Assembly: GCA_902579395.1 (NCBI GenBank)
Contig: CACHGK010000001.1
Span: 145,036 to 209,035, forward strand
Source: an uncultured Alphaproteobacteria bacterium
Lineage (GTDB): Bacteria; Pseudomonadota; Alphaproteobacteria; Methylaequorales; Methylaequoraceae
Direction of reading: 5' to 3'
DNA length: 64,000 nucleotides
Both the position numbers and the translations under genes were made by a program. Below the pieces are notes generated by a model. It did not search any database. It was not told the DNA's origin and saw only the letters and a list, made by a program, of their open reading frames with translations. Below are positions 41,626 to 51,098 of this stretch, piece after piece. The stretch's first letter is position 1; every line of letters begins with the position of its first letter.

Positions 41626-42339
41626 ATGGTAGAAACTATTAAAAATGAAAAAATTACTCAAAAAATTATTTTTCAGATTGACTCTGAAATAAAATCTAAT
41701 AACAATCTGATTTCTCAATCAAGACAAGTAATTGAAGAGAATAGATCAATGATTTTAAATAACTACACATCTTCCTACTCAGGTAATCACAGGCTTGCAA
41801 ATAAAAATACTGAAGAAATCTTTGAGAACAGAAATGGCATTCTTCTCAAAATTAAATTAAATAATGAGCTTGAAGAAAAATTTGTTGAGGCAGAAAAAAA
41901 TAAAGCCGTTGTTGACTTTTTAGAACTTCAGTCAAACATAAATTCATCAAACTTAGAAATTAGTCAAGAAATGGCAGAAATTAATTCTAAATTAATTGAG
42001 ATTAATAAGAAAATAATGAATATGAATGAATCAATTGTGTCCTTTAATACCAAACAACTTCAACACAATAAGGATCTTTTAGAAAAAAAATTTGATGTAT
42101 CAAAAATAAATGAAGAAAGTAATGAAAATATTATTCAAGAAAACAAGGAAAAAATTAAAAAACTAAAAAATAATGAAAAAATAAATCAAGATGAGCTTCA
42201 TAAGTTGTTGAATAAATCAAGAGAAAATGCAGATTTACTTCTTAATAATAGGAACGAGATCTTACAAAGAAGAAATGACATAATGTCAAATAAAGAAACC
42301 ATTTCAATAAATAAATCTAAAATTTTCTTTGGTTCTTAG
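41626..42339 (+). CDS. Asn/Glu/Lys-rich coiled-coil protein of unknown function
   Basis: 237 aa with SD-like aaggag upstream. An NR-x2-IL element recurs: EENRSMIL, FENRNGIL, NNRNEIL. Confidence 0.6.
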   Translation: MVETIKNEKITQKIIFQIDSEIKSNNNLISQSRQVIEENRSMILNNYTSSYSGNHRLANKNTEEIFENRNGILLKIKLNNELEEKFVEAEKNKAVVDFLELQSNINSSNLEISQEMAEINSKLIEINKKIMNMNESIVSFNTKQLQHNKDLLEKKFDVSKINEESNENIIQENKEKIKKLKNNEKINQDELHKLLNKSRENADLLLNNRNEILQRRNDIMSNKETISINKSKIFFGS

Positions 42340-42347
42340 ATTATCAA

Positions 42348-43397
42348 TTATTGTGGATTTAGATTTGCCTCAACTTCCTTTCTAGCACCTTCAGACTCAA
42401 CATCTGAAATATCCAAACGTCTAATCCATTTTCTTACTAAGGCCATCTCAGCGTCATCAATTCCCGGTTCACTTGAAAGTATTTTTTCCCATAGAAATTC
42501 AACAAGTTCATATTTTTCTCTGTAAACCTCCACTTGTTCAACTTTCTTAGTTATAGAGTAATTTAATTTCTTCTCGATTATTACCGACATTACATTACTT
42601 GTGATATTAAACTGATCATTGAAAATATTTCTTAAAACCTTTAAATCATCGGGAGATATCTTACCATCGATTGTTGCACATTCAGTAAGCATTAAACATA
42701 ATAAGACAGTTTTTTCAAAGGCCTTAAGCTTATTATAAGCAACCTTACCAGACTCGATAGAATGTATCGCTTTAGTAATCTTTGATCTTTCATTACCTAT
42801 TTTTTTTGTATCATTTATAGCAGATTTTTCCAATCCAAACTTTTCTGCACTACTCTCAATTAATTCGACCTCAAAATCCTCTTCTTCCTCACCTTTAGAC
42901 AAAATTTTTTCCCATATATAAGTATACATTTGCACTAAATCACCCTCCAAAAATTTCTCTTTCAGAGTTCCTAAAACTGACTCATCCTTTTCCTGATTCA
43001 AAAGTTGTTCAGAGTAACCTGATTGCAATTCAAACTTTTCTAAAAAAGTATTGTTTAGTTTTGATTTATAACCGGAATCATTTTTTAAATTTGAAATACT
43101 AGCTGAGTGTAACATTGAAGCTGCAACAAATTTTCTTTCCTCAATACTAAGAGTACCAAAATAAATCTTATTGGCATCATTGATAAAATGATCAATCTCA
43201 GAGACAGATTTATCTAGTGAAGAAGCATCAGACGTTTCTTTAACGTCTTGTTTTTCATCAAAATTATTATTTACATTACAAGATTTAATGTGCCCAAGAT
43301 TACTTAGTGATCTTTTCAGAAGAGCATCATCAATGTGAGTATTATCTTCAATTTCAATAATTGCTTCAATCTTTATACTTTTTACCATAACCATCAA
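42348..43397 (-). CDS. Tandem TerB-like (DjlA N-domain-like) protein
   Basis: 349 aa. LLCLMLTECATIDGKISPDDLKVLRNIF fits the TerB/DjlA-N pattern. An internal duplication is marked by YTYIWEKILSKGEEE and VEFLWEKILSSEPGI. Confidence 0.6.
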   Translation of the reverse strand: MMVMVKSIKIEAIIEIEDNTHIDDALLKRSLSNLGHIKSCNVNNNFDEKQDVKETSDASSLDKSVSEIDHFINDANKIYFGTLSIEERKFVAASMLHSASISNLKNDSGYKSKLNNTFLEKFELQSGYSEQLLNQEKDESVLGTLKEKFLEGDLVQMYTYIWEKILSKGEEEEDFEVELIESSAEKFGLEKSAINDTKKIGNERSKITKAIHSIESGKVAYNKLKAFEKTVLLCLMLTECATIDGKISPDDLKVLRNIFNDQFNITSNVMSVIIEKKLNYSITKKVEQVEVYREKYELVEFLWEKILSSEPGIDDAEMALVRKWIRRLDISDVESEGARKEVEANLNPQ

Positions 43398-43516
43398 ACA
43401 TAATTTTCATTTATAATGAAAAAGTATTGGTATTCTTCATTATTTATAGGCATCATTCAAGAAAAATTGAAAAATTTTCAGATGCAGTAAAAATAAATGA
43501 AACTTAAAAAGAAATA

Positions 43517-43786
43517 GTGATCAGATCTACTAATTTTCAAATATTAGTTTGGAAAGAAATTACCAAGATACCTGTTGGGAAAACAATTACTTATAAACAG
43601 CTAGCAAAAAAAATTGGTTTCCCTAATGCATATCGTGCAGTTGGTAATGCTTGCTCAAAAAATCCTTTTCTTTTAGTCATACCATGCCATAGAGTGGTAA
43701 CAAATAATGGAAAAGTTGGAGGATACAAAGGAAGTAAAAAGAATTTTGAAAAAATCAAAATATTGTCACATGAAATTATTGATTGA
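43517..43786 (+). CDS. ogt: Methylated-DNA--protein-cysteine methyltransferase, C-terminal active domain only
   Basis: 89 aa from a GTG start, with FQILVWKEITKIPVGKTITYKQLA, RAVGNACSKNP and the active site IPCHRVV. There is no N-terminal domain. Confidence 0.8.
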   Translation: MIRSTNFQILVWKEITKIPVGKTITYKQLAKKIGFPNAYRAVGNACSKNPFLLVIPCHRVVTNNGKVGGYKGSKKNFEKIKILSHEIID

Positions 43787-43796
43787 TAATAAATAA

Positions 43797-45737
43797 TTAG
43801 TTAGCACCGCGAGTACTCAAGACTTCTTCCATTTTTTCTGACATCTCAGATTTTCCAGTCCTACTATCACCCACAGTTGCAACTGTTATATCTACCTCAA
43901 AGACATTTTCTGGCAAACCCTTTTTTTTTTCCAAAGCTGTTTTTTTTATTAGAGCGATCATATCCTTTGCTGCTCTTTCAGGACCCTCATGTTCAACTAA
44001 ATCTCGATTGTAAAAACCACAACTGTTTAACCTCTCATCAGTATTTTTAGCATAAACTCCAGCCATTAACATACTATGAGCAACTCCAATTTTCATTTTT
44101 CCTGAAGAAACTCGTTTTTTTATTATATTAAAAAACTTTTTTTCTATATTCATAAATTTTTCAGATAAATCAACGTGTTCTGGTAAATCATTCCATTCCT
44201 CATCCTTTAATAAAGGAAATGGATTGGCCCAATAACTTATTTCAACTTTCCCCCTGTGAGTTTGAGTGCTCCCAGCAGCAACCCTTGCACCTGTTCTAAA
44301 GTGCTCAAGAGCTTCATCCACCTCCATATCAACGTTCATGCATGATTTTCCAGGTTCAATTAAATCATAATTATTTAAATAAAGTAATATATCTAACTCC
44401 GAACCAGTTGAAACTTCAGTATAATCTGTTACAGGAACAATTTGTCTAGCATTTGTTCCAGCATGTTTATTATAACCAATTTCTCTCCCCTCCATTTGCA
44501 TTTTTGTATGCTCACTAAAACCATCTAAGCAGGCAAACGCACCTGTTTCTGTTCCAAAAAAATAAGGAACATCAGATTTTGGGTTTTTTACACTTTCATT
44601 TTTTCCATAAATTAGAGAAGCCCTACCCATATCATCTGCCTTTATAAATGAGTCTGCAATATAGGGCTCGTTAGTTTTTGAGTCGAACCTTACAACATAT
44701 CTGGTACAACCACAATGAAGTGGCAAATGATCATTTAGAATACAAAGAACGTTATGTAGTGTTAATATTGGTTTTTTTCCATAACCAAAATATTTACAAT
44801 CATCAATATTTGGTATTAAACCTATAAGTAATTTATTTTCTTTATCGTAGTAATAACCCAGATCTTTCATTGAAGAATGAGGGCAACCAAAGATGAATAT
44901 CCCATCTGGTTTTTTTCCAGCCAATTTTCTTACTTTAGAAAAAGGAAATAGGTTTAATAAACCAGGCTCTAATTCAATACAACCCCTTGACTTGTGAATA
45001 TATGCAACAATATTCCATTGACCTACTTCAAATGGAATAGCCACATAATCGGTTGAGTTAAACACCTCATTCTTAAATGGGTTATGCTTAAGTGCAAAAA
45101 ATGGAAAAGCCCTCTTATTTGCATGTGTTGTATAATGAATACCGGTTCGCATGTCAGCATGAGTTGTTAATGGCACCTCATTAAGTTTAGAATATGAGTC
45201 TGGTAATTTAATACTTTTTCCTGAAACTTCACCACAGGTAACATTAGGAAGACATTCCAGACCTTGGCTTCGTCTGACACCGACTCCAAAATCAACCTTT
45301 GACAGTAAGATTCTTCTTGTTTCGAGAATTAAATCATTGAGCTTATAGGCTCGTTTGCTGATTCTATCCTTAATGGTTTCAGCCCTCTCTTTAGACTCTA
45401 AAACCTCATCATGAAGTTTAATTAATCTTGTATATGATTTTTTTCTATAGTAATGAAATAATCCCTCAAGGAATCTTATATTTTCCTTGTATTTAGATAA
45501 TTTTTCATCAGGTATCTTATCATCGCAAATTAGAATTTCATAAAAAGCTTCAGGAAATATATTTTCAACAAAATCTTTTTTATGTATAACCTCTTCTTTT
45601 TGTTCGCTTTTTTCTCGAGATTTTAGTTCTGATATAAACTGTGTTTTATAAAATTCCAAAAATTTTGCAAAAGCTTTGCTCTTTAGCAACTCAGAGGGTG
45701 TCTCACATCCGTCTCTAATTTCAAGAATTTCAGTCAT
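43797..45737 (-). CDS. Large PEPCK/HprK-superfamily-like protein of unknown function
   Basis: 646 aa. LPLHCGC...(~50 aa)...YFFGTETGAFACLDG parallels the ATP-PEPCK LPMHCSAN...FFGLSGTGKTTLS, but lacks the GK[ST]. An HprK-like GDSRTGKSE sits 19 aa from the C-terminus. I may be recalling this as the DUF4914 family. Confidence 0.7.
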   Translation of the reverse strand: MTEILEIRDGCETPSELLKSKAFAKFLEFYKTQFISELKSREKSEQKEEVIHKKDFVENIFPEAFYEILICDDKIPDEKLSKYKENIRFLEGLFHYYRKKSYTRLIKLHDEVLESKERAETIKDRISKRAYKLNDLILETRRILLSKVDFGVGVRRSQGLECLPNVTCGEVSGKSIKLPDSYSKLNEVPLTTHADMRTGIHYTTHANKRAFPFFALKHNPFKNEVFNSTDYVAIPFEVGQWNIVAYIHKSRGCIELEPGLLNLFPFSKVRKLAGKKPDGIFIFGCPHSSMKDLGYYYDKENKLLIGLIPNIDDCKYFGYGKKPILTLHNVLCILNDHLPLHCGCTRYVVRFDSKTNEPYIADSFIKADDMGRASLIYGKNESVKNPKSDVPYFFGTETGAFACLDGFSEHTKMQMEGREIGYNKHAGTNARQIVPVTDYTEVSTGSELDILLYLNNYDLIEPGKSCMNVDMEVDEALEHFRTGARVAAGSTQTHRGKVEISYWANPFPLLKDEEWNDLPEHVDLSEKFMNIEKKFFNIIKKRVSSGKMKIGVAHSMLMAGVYAKNTDERLNSCGFYNRDLVEHEGPERAAKDMIALIKKTALEKKKGLPENVFEVDITVATVGDSRTGKSEMSEKMEEVLSTRGAN

Positions 45738-45820
45738 AGCCTATTAATTCCATGTATTTTATAGGAAATAAAACTTAAAAACTCAAGAAATTTTTAAATC
45801 CACAAAAAGGAAAATATCTT

Positions 45821-46270
45821 TTATTCTGAATACCTGTAAATCAGTTTCTTATATGACAATGAACTATCAATCTTTTTTGATTCATTGCAGATCTCATCAG
45901 CTTTTATATTTTTAAATTCAATCTCATTTTGATTTTTTCTTTTTATTTTTCTTTCACACCAATCTTTTAACTGAAAACCAAGGTTTAAATTTGTTTTATT
46001 TTTATAAGCCAGTGGGGACAAGTTTTTAATTTGATCAGGTAATAAACCAAATGGAGAAAAAAATCCGTTTTCATAAAGCTTTTTACTAAAAATACCCAAG
46101 TAACTAACAATTGCAATAGATTGAATATTTGAAGATGTTGGTGATGAATTTAAAGATATTTTTGATTTATCGCTAAAAATAAAACTTTGTTCGAAAGAGG
46201 TGGATGTTGAATAAACGTTGCTAGAAGTAAAAAGAAAAAAGCTAAAAATAGAAAATAACATATATTTCAT
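45821..46270 (-). CDS. Secreted protein of unknown function
   Basis: 149 aa with the signal peptide MKYMLFSIFSFFLFTSSNVYS. A Fur-like box lies about 55-70 nt upstream. Confidence 0.6.
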   Translation of the reverse strand: MKYMLFSIFSFFLFTSSNVYSTSTSFEQSFIFSDKSKISLNSSPTSSNIQSIAIVSYLGIFSKKLYENGFFSPFGLLPDQIKNLSPLAYKNKTNLNLGFQLKDWCERKIKRKNQNEIEFKNIKADEICNESKKIDSSLSYKKLIYRYSE

Positions 46271-46323
46271 AATTAAATTTTAAATATAAAATTCACATTT
46301 TTAAATATTTATTTAATTTTTTT

Positions 46324-46342
46324 TTAAATGATTATCATTATT
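46324..46342. promoter_or_regulatory. Fur-box-like palindrome
   Basis: ttaaatgattatcattatt matches the classical GATAATGATAATCATTATC consensus at 14 of 19 positions. Its core is the inverted repeat AATGA-TTA-TCATT. Confidence 0.45.
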
Positions 46343-46467
46343 TTATAGGTAATAATAAATTACCTCCCAACAGACTGAAGCAGAAGATTTAGGGAAAATT
46401 GAAAACTTATTATTTAAAATGTAAAAAGTTTTTTATAATCAGACTTATAATATAAAATTTATATAAA

Positions 46468-47118
46468 ATGAATAAGAAAGAAAGAGTAAATTTTATAATT
46501 AAAAAATTAGATGAATTGTATCCAGAAACACCAATCCCTCTGAATCATAAAAATACTTTTGAATTATTAATAGCGGTTTTATTAAGTGCTCAATGCACAG
46601 ATGAAAGAGTAAATAAAGTAACTCCTAAATTATTTAAATTAGCAAACGATCCTTATCAAATGTCAAAAGCTAGTTATAGTAATGTTTATAATATTATCAG
46701 ACCATGTGGGTTAGCACCCAAAAAATCTAGGGCGATAATAGATCTTTCAAAAATTTTGAATGAAAAACACAACGGCCAAATTCCTAAAAACTTTAATGAT
46801 TTAGAAAAACTACCTGGAGTTGGACATAAAACTGCCAGTGTTGTTATGAGCCAAGGTTTTGGTTATCCTGCGTTTCCAGTTGATACTCATATTCATAGAT
46901 TAGCACAGAGATGGAAGCTAACCTCTGGAAAGAATGTTGTTCAAACAGAAAGAGATTTAAAAAAATTATTTCCTAAAGAAAGCTGGAATAAATTACATCT
47001 TCAAATAATTTTCTTTGGAAGAGAATTTTGTAAAGCCAGATATTGCTATGGACTTGAATGTGATATTTGCAAAAATTGTTTTCCAAGTAGAAGAAAAAGA
47101 ATTATTACAAAAAAATAA
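46468..47118 (+). CDS. nth: Endonuclease III
   Basis: 216 aa with the HhH-GPD region (LPGVGHKTASVVM, DTHIHR) and a C-terminal Cys cluster (CKARYCYGLECDICKNC). Confidence 0.93.
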   Translation: MNKKERVNFIIKKLDELYPETPIPLNHKNTFELLIAVLLSAQCTDERVNKVTPKLFKLANDPYQMSKASYSNVYNIIRPCGLAPKKSRAIIDLSKILNEKHNGQIPKNFNDLEKLPGVGHKTASVVMSQGFGYPAFPVDTHIHRLAQRWKLTSGKNVVQTERDLKKLFPKESWNKLHLQIIFFGREFCKARYCYGLECDICKNCFPSRRKRIITKK

Positions 47119-47142
47119 AAATTATTATAAGTATAAAAAAAA

Positions 47143-47670
47143 TTAAATATGCATTGAAATCTTTACAGCAAACGCTGAACCTGACTCTACAATTCTTCCC
47201 CACATTTTATGAATTAATGAAAAGTTGGTTACTTCTAGCTTCGCCTCATCTTTATGAGAAACCTCATCGTCTTGAAGCCTCTTAAGTACTTTTTGTAATC
47301 TCATTTCACTTGGATTGGAATTAAGCATCTCTATCTGCTCTTGGTAATGACTTTCAACAAAATTTTCCACATAAAAAATAGTTGAAAAAATAAACTTTTT
47401 TGAAATAATTGAAGGTATAAAACCTGTTAAAAAACCTGCTACTTTCCATAAGAAAATCAACTTACTTCTATGCTGTTTTTCCAAAAGATCTTCAATGATT
47501 AATAAGTGTTCAGATTCTGTTTTTAAATGATTTTTTGCAAAATTAAGAACATCTTTATCACTAGAAACTAAAATAATCGCCTTATAAATATAAACTGCAC
47601 CAGTTTCACCTGCATGATTGGTTCTGAAATATGGAATTAAATTAATTGGTATCTTTTGTTTTTTTTTCAC
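47143..47670 (-). CDS. coq7: Demethoxyubiquinone hydroxylase (Coq7 family, di-iron)
   Basis: 175 aa with [31 protein letters not shown] and DDEVSHKD, which are carboxylate/His di-iron motifs. Confidence 0.85.
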   Translation of the reverse strand: MKKKQKIPINLIPYFRTNHAGETGAVYIYKAIILVSSDKDVLNFAKNHLKTESEHLLIIEDLLEKQHRSKLIFLWKVAGFLTGFIPSIISKKFIFSTIFYVENFVESHYQEQIEMLNSNPSEMRLQKVLKRLQDDEVSHKDEAKLEVTNFSLIHKMWGRIVESGSAFAVKISMHI

Positions 47671-49114
47671 TATCCTCTGATCTCCTTTTCATACTTGCGT
47701 GTTTGTTGATTATAAATTCAGCTATTTCCTTATATTTTTTTTCTTTTTTAATCTTCCAAATTCTATCCTTTGCAATCTTTGTTTTAATATTATTATCAAT
47801 GATAGGATTACAATAGTTTTTAGATAAATAAAAATTTAAATCTTTTTCTTCAATAAAGTTTATTTTCCATGGTTCATGTATTAAATGATTAGGAAGATTT
47901 TTTAGCTCCGGAACCCATTTTCTGATGAATATTCCTTTTGGATCATGATCATAAGATTGCTTAATCACATTATAAATTCTAATTGTATTTATTCCTGTCG
48001 TACCAGATTGCATTTGCATTTGGGAGTAATGAATTCCTGGTTCATAATCCGTAAATTTTTTAGCAAGATATTTTGAAGTAACTTTCCAATCTAACCACAG
48101 TTGATAGGAAGCAAAAGAAACTATCATTGCTCTCATTCTAAAATTGAGCCAACCATTACAATTTAAAAACCTCATACAAGCATCAAGAAAAGGAAATCCA
48201 GTTTTTCCGATCATCCAACTCTTAAAATAAGATTCGTTGAAAAAATTTTCCCTTAATCCATCGTAAGATGAATGTAAATTTTTAAATTCTATACATGGTT
48301 GGTCATATATTTTTTGTATAAAATGACAATGCCATGCAAGCCTTTTTTTAAATGAATTTAATGAAGATCTTTCCATATTAATCAAAGTCGAAGCTTTATT
48401 AATCCTTTGCACGATTGTTTTAATAGAAATTGTTCCATATGAAATGTGGGGACTTAACCTTGAACATGATTTTTCAGCTGTTAAAGGGCTTGAAATGTTT
48501 TTACTATATGCCAAATGTCTTGAGGATATAAAAGAGTCTAGGAGCTTTAGAGCTCTATTTTCTCCCCCTACTTGAATATTTGAAGATGTTTTATAAGGTA
48601 GATTATCAAAAAGAGAATTAGTTTTTATAAAATAAGCTTTCTTAGGAGAGGCAGATCTATTTCCTGTTGTAAATGTATTCCAATCTGATGACCATTTTCC
48701 TCTTTCTCTATGATTAAGTTGAATCCCAAATTGATTTGTCTGAATCCAACTTACATCAAGATTTGATAGTAAATCTGAAATTTTTGAATCAAGGTGAAAA
48801 AAAAAATTATTTTTAATAATTTTATTAGAATATACTGATTTTATTTTATATTTTACCACCAATTTTCTTATAATTTGCAAGGTATCTCCTCTGTAAAAAT
48901 TAAGCCCTGCTCCTAAATTCTTTAAATTTTGCGAGAGATTTTGTAGTGATTCATTAAGAAAATTTAAATGGAAAATACTGGTAGTTTCTTGCTTTAAATA
49001 TTCATTATCGAGAATAAATACTGGAAAACATTTATCGTGAAGACTTGCTTTAAACAGTGCCTCATTGTCACCAATTCGAAGATCAAATCTAAAAAAAATC
49101 ATTGAGTTACACAT
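47642..49114 (-). CDS. Photolyase/cryptochrome family protein (canonical domain order)
   Basis: 490 aa with an N-terminal alpha/beta domain ([15 protein letters not shown]) and a C-terminal FAD domain ([50 protein letters not shown]). Subclass not determined. Confidence 0.88.
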   Translation of the reverse strand: MCNSMIFFRFDLRIGDNEALFKASLHDKCFPVFILDNEYLKQETTSIFHLNFLNESLQNLSQNLKNLGAGLNFYRGDTLQIIRKLVVKYKIKSVYSNKIIKNNFFFHLDSKISDLLSNLDVSWIQTNQFGIQLNHRERGKWSSDWNTFTTGNRSASPKKAYFIKTNSLFDNLPYKTSSNIQVGGENRALKLLDSFISSRHLAYSKNISSPLTAEKSCSRLSPHISYGTISIKTIVQRINKASTLINMERSSLNSFKKRLAWHCHFIQKIYDQPCIEFKNLHSSYDGLRENFFNESYFKSWMIGKTGFPFLDACMRFLNCNGWLNFRMRAMIVSFASYQLWLDWKVTSKYLAKKFTDYEPGIHYSQMQMQSGTTGINTIRIYNVIKQSYDHDPKGIFIRKWVPELKNLPNHLIHEPWKINFIEEKDLNFYLSKNYCNPIIDNNIKTKIAKDRIWKIKKEKKYKEIAEFIINKHASMKRRSEDSEKKTKDTN

Positions 49115-49242
49115 ATTTGATAAATTTGATTAAAGAAATTAAAATCAACTTTTTTTTTATAAAAACAAGAGGATCAAATTGCATAATTAATTTAATTTTG
49201 TTAATACGTAACCATATAAATAGTATTAACTAAGGAGGATGT

Positions 49243-49758
49243 ATGAAAATTTCTGAAAGACCAGAATTTAAAAGTAAAAAACCGCCAGTTACGTTTAATG
49301 AAAACGAAAAGGTCATTATAGCTGTTAAAGCAATGACAAAGGAAAATTTTGGCTCGGTTGTGATTGTTGATAAACAAAAAAGGGTTAAAGGAATAGTTAC
49401 GGAGAGGGATTTAATGAAAAAACTTCTTTTTAATTCTATGAATCCAAAAACAACAAAGTTATCAGATATTATGACTTCACCAGTTAAAGTTGCAGATAAA
49501 GATGATGAAATGGTAACTTGGCTTAGGCAAATGTCAAATGAAAGATTTAGGCACGTACCCGTAGTCGACAAATCAGGAAAATTGATTAATATAATGTCAC
49601 AAGGAGATTTTGTTTCATATACATGGCCAAACTTACTTTATCAAGTAAAGGAACTTACGAAAGAAAATTATTTTAAAGCTAATCAGGTAGTTTTAATAAT
49701 TTTAAGTTTGTTGGTATATACTCTAGTCACAACTGTGCTAGCAATAAAGTTAGTCTGA
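49243..49758 (+). CDS. CBS-pair protein with C-terminal TM helix
   Basis: 171 aa with a strong SD (taaggagg). It has two CBS repeats (GSVVIVDKQKRVKGIVTERDL; FRHVPVVDKSGKLINIMSQGDF) and a hydrophobic tail. Confidence 0.8.
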   Translation: MKISERPEFKSKKPPVTFNENEKVIIAVKAMTKENFGSVVIVDKQKRVKGIVTERDLMKKLLFNSMNPKTTKLSDIMTSPVKVADKDDEMVTWLRQMSNERFRHVPVVDKSGKLINIMSQGDFVSYTWPNLLYQVKELTKENYFKANQVVLIILSLLVYTLVTTVLAIKLV

Positions 49759-49768
49759 TTTAGTAAAA

Positions 49769-50047
49769 GTGTTTGTAAGAATAGTTAATATCAAGTTCGC
49801 TTCAAAGATAGATGCTGATGCAATGCATGCTCTTGCTAAACATGAGATGATTAACAATCTTCCGGGTATTCTTTCAATTGAAATTATTAAAATTACAGAC
49901 TTACATTCTATTGCTGTAAATAAATTTGATTCCAAAGATTCTGCTGAAAAATCAAAAGAGATATACATAAATAATATGAAATCAAATCCAAATATTAAAG
50001 TTGAAATTTATGAAGGTGAGAGGTCTTTTATTGTTGAAAAATCATAA
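49769..50047 (+). CDS. Small ferredoxin-fold (ABM/Dabb-like) protein
   Basis: 92 aa from a GTG start. The alternating beta-alpha pattern is typical of antibiotic-biosynthesis-monooxygenase-like domains. Weak call. Confidence 0.5.
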   Translation: MFVRIVNIKFASKIDADAMHALAKHEMINNLPGILSIEIIKITDLHSIAVNKFDSKDSAEKSKEIYINNMKSNPNIKVEIYEGERSFIVEKS

Positions 50048-50177
50048 TCAATCCAATCTCCTTATTTTTATATATATTCTTGGTTTCTTAAAAGTTCTTA
50101 AATTTTAATGAAATACTACGTTAAAAATTAATTTAAAAATAATTACAAGAATACTAAATATTAATTAACTCTGAAGT

Positions 50178-51098
50178 ATGAATGCAATTGAAATCAAAAA
50201 TCTAAATAAGTCTTACCAAAATGGGCTCAAGGCTCTAGAAAATATAAATCTATCAGTTAAGAAAGGTGAAATTTTCGCCTTGCTAGGTCCAAATGGTGCA
50301 GGAAAATCAACTTTAATAAACATAATTTGTGGAATCACAAAAAAAAGTAGTGGACAAATCAGAGTATTTGGAAGAGACAATGAGGCAGATTATAAGAAGA
50401 CACGCAGTATGATAGGTTTGGTACCTCAAGAAATTGCAACAGACTCATTCGAAAGAGTAATCAACACTCTAAGATTCAGTAGGGGGCTATTTAATAAACC
50501 CTCTTCTGATAGATATTTAGATTCTGTTTTAAATAGTTTAGAATTATCTCACAAAAAATCCAATCAAATTAGAACACTTTCTGGAGGAATGAAAAGACGT
50601 GTTATGATAGCAAAAGCATTATCTCATGAACCCAATATCCTTTTTTTGGATGAACCAACTGCTGGGGTTGATGTAGCATTAAGAAAAACACTTTGGAGTT
50701 ACTTGAATAATTTAAAGAAACAAGGTGTAACAATTTTTTTAACCACACATTATATTGAGGAAGCGGAGAATATTGCTGATAGAATTGGGGTCATAAATAA
50801 CGGTAAAATCATAATCATTGAATATAAAAAAAAATTACTCAAAAAATTTGGAGAAAAAAAATTAATATTCACAATTAATAGAAAAAATAAATCGATTAAC
50901 ACTATAAATTCCATTATTAAGAAATATGAATTAAAACAAAAAGGAAATAAGATAACTTTTAATTACACTCAAAACTCAAAGAAAGACCCAGCCTCAGATT
51001 TACTATCAGAATTGAATAAAAGATCTATAAGATTTCAAGATCTAGAAATTAAAAAAAACAACTTAGAGGAAATTTTTATTAACTTAGTACAAAAATGA
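50178..51098 (+). CDS. ABC-2 type transporter ATP-binding protein (YadG-like)
   Basis: 306 aa with [24 protein letters not shown] and LFLDEPT. Confidence 0.9.
   Translation: MNAIEIKNLNKSYQNGLKALENINLSVKKGEIFALLGPNGAGKSTLINIICGITKKSSGQIRVFGRDNEADYKKTRSMIGLVPQEIATDSFERVINTLRFSRGLFNKPSSDRYLDSVLNSLELSHKKSNQIRTLSGGMKRRVMIAKALSHEPNILFLDEPTAGVDVALRKTLWSYLNNLKKQGVTIFLTTHYIEEAENIADRIGVINNGKIIIIEYKKKLLKKFGEKKLIFTINRKNKSINTINSIIKKYELKQKGNKITFNYTQNSKKDPASDLLSELNKRSIRFQDLEIKKNNLEEIFINLVQK

Noticed and set aside
49230-49968. Minus-strand ORFs 49230..49571 and 49750..49968.
   Set aside because: They are antisense to the CBS-pair gene (strong SD, clear CBS repeats) and to the small ABM-like gene. Their translations are Ser/Leu/Ile-rich with no motif.
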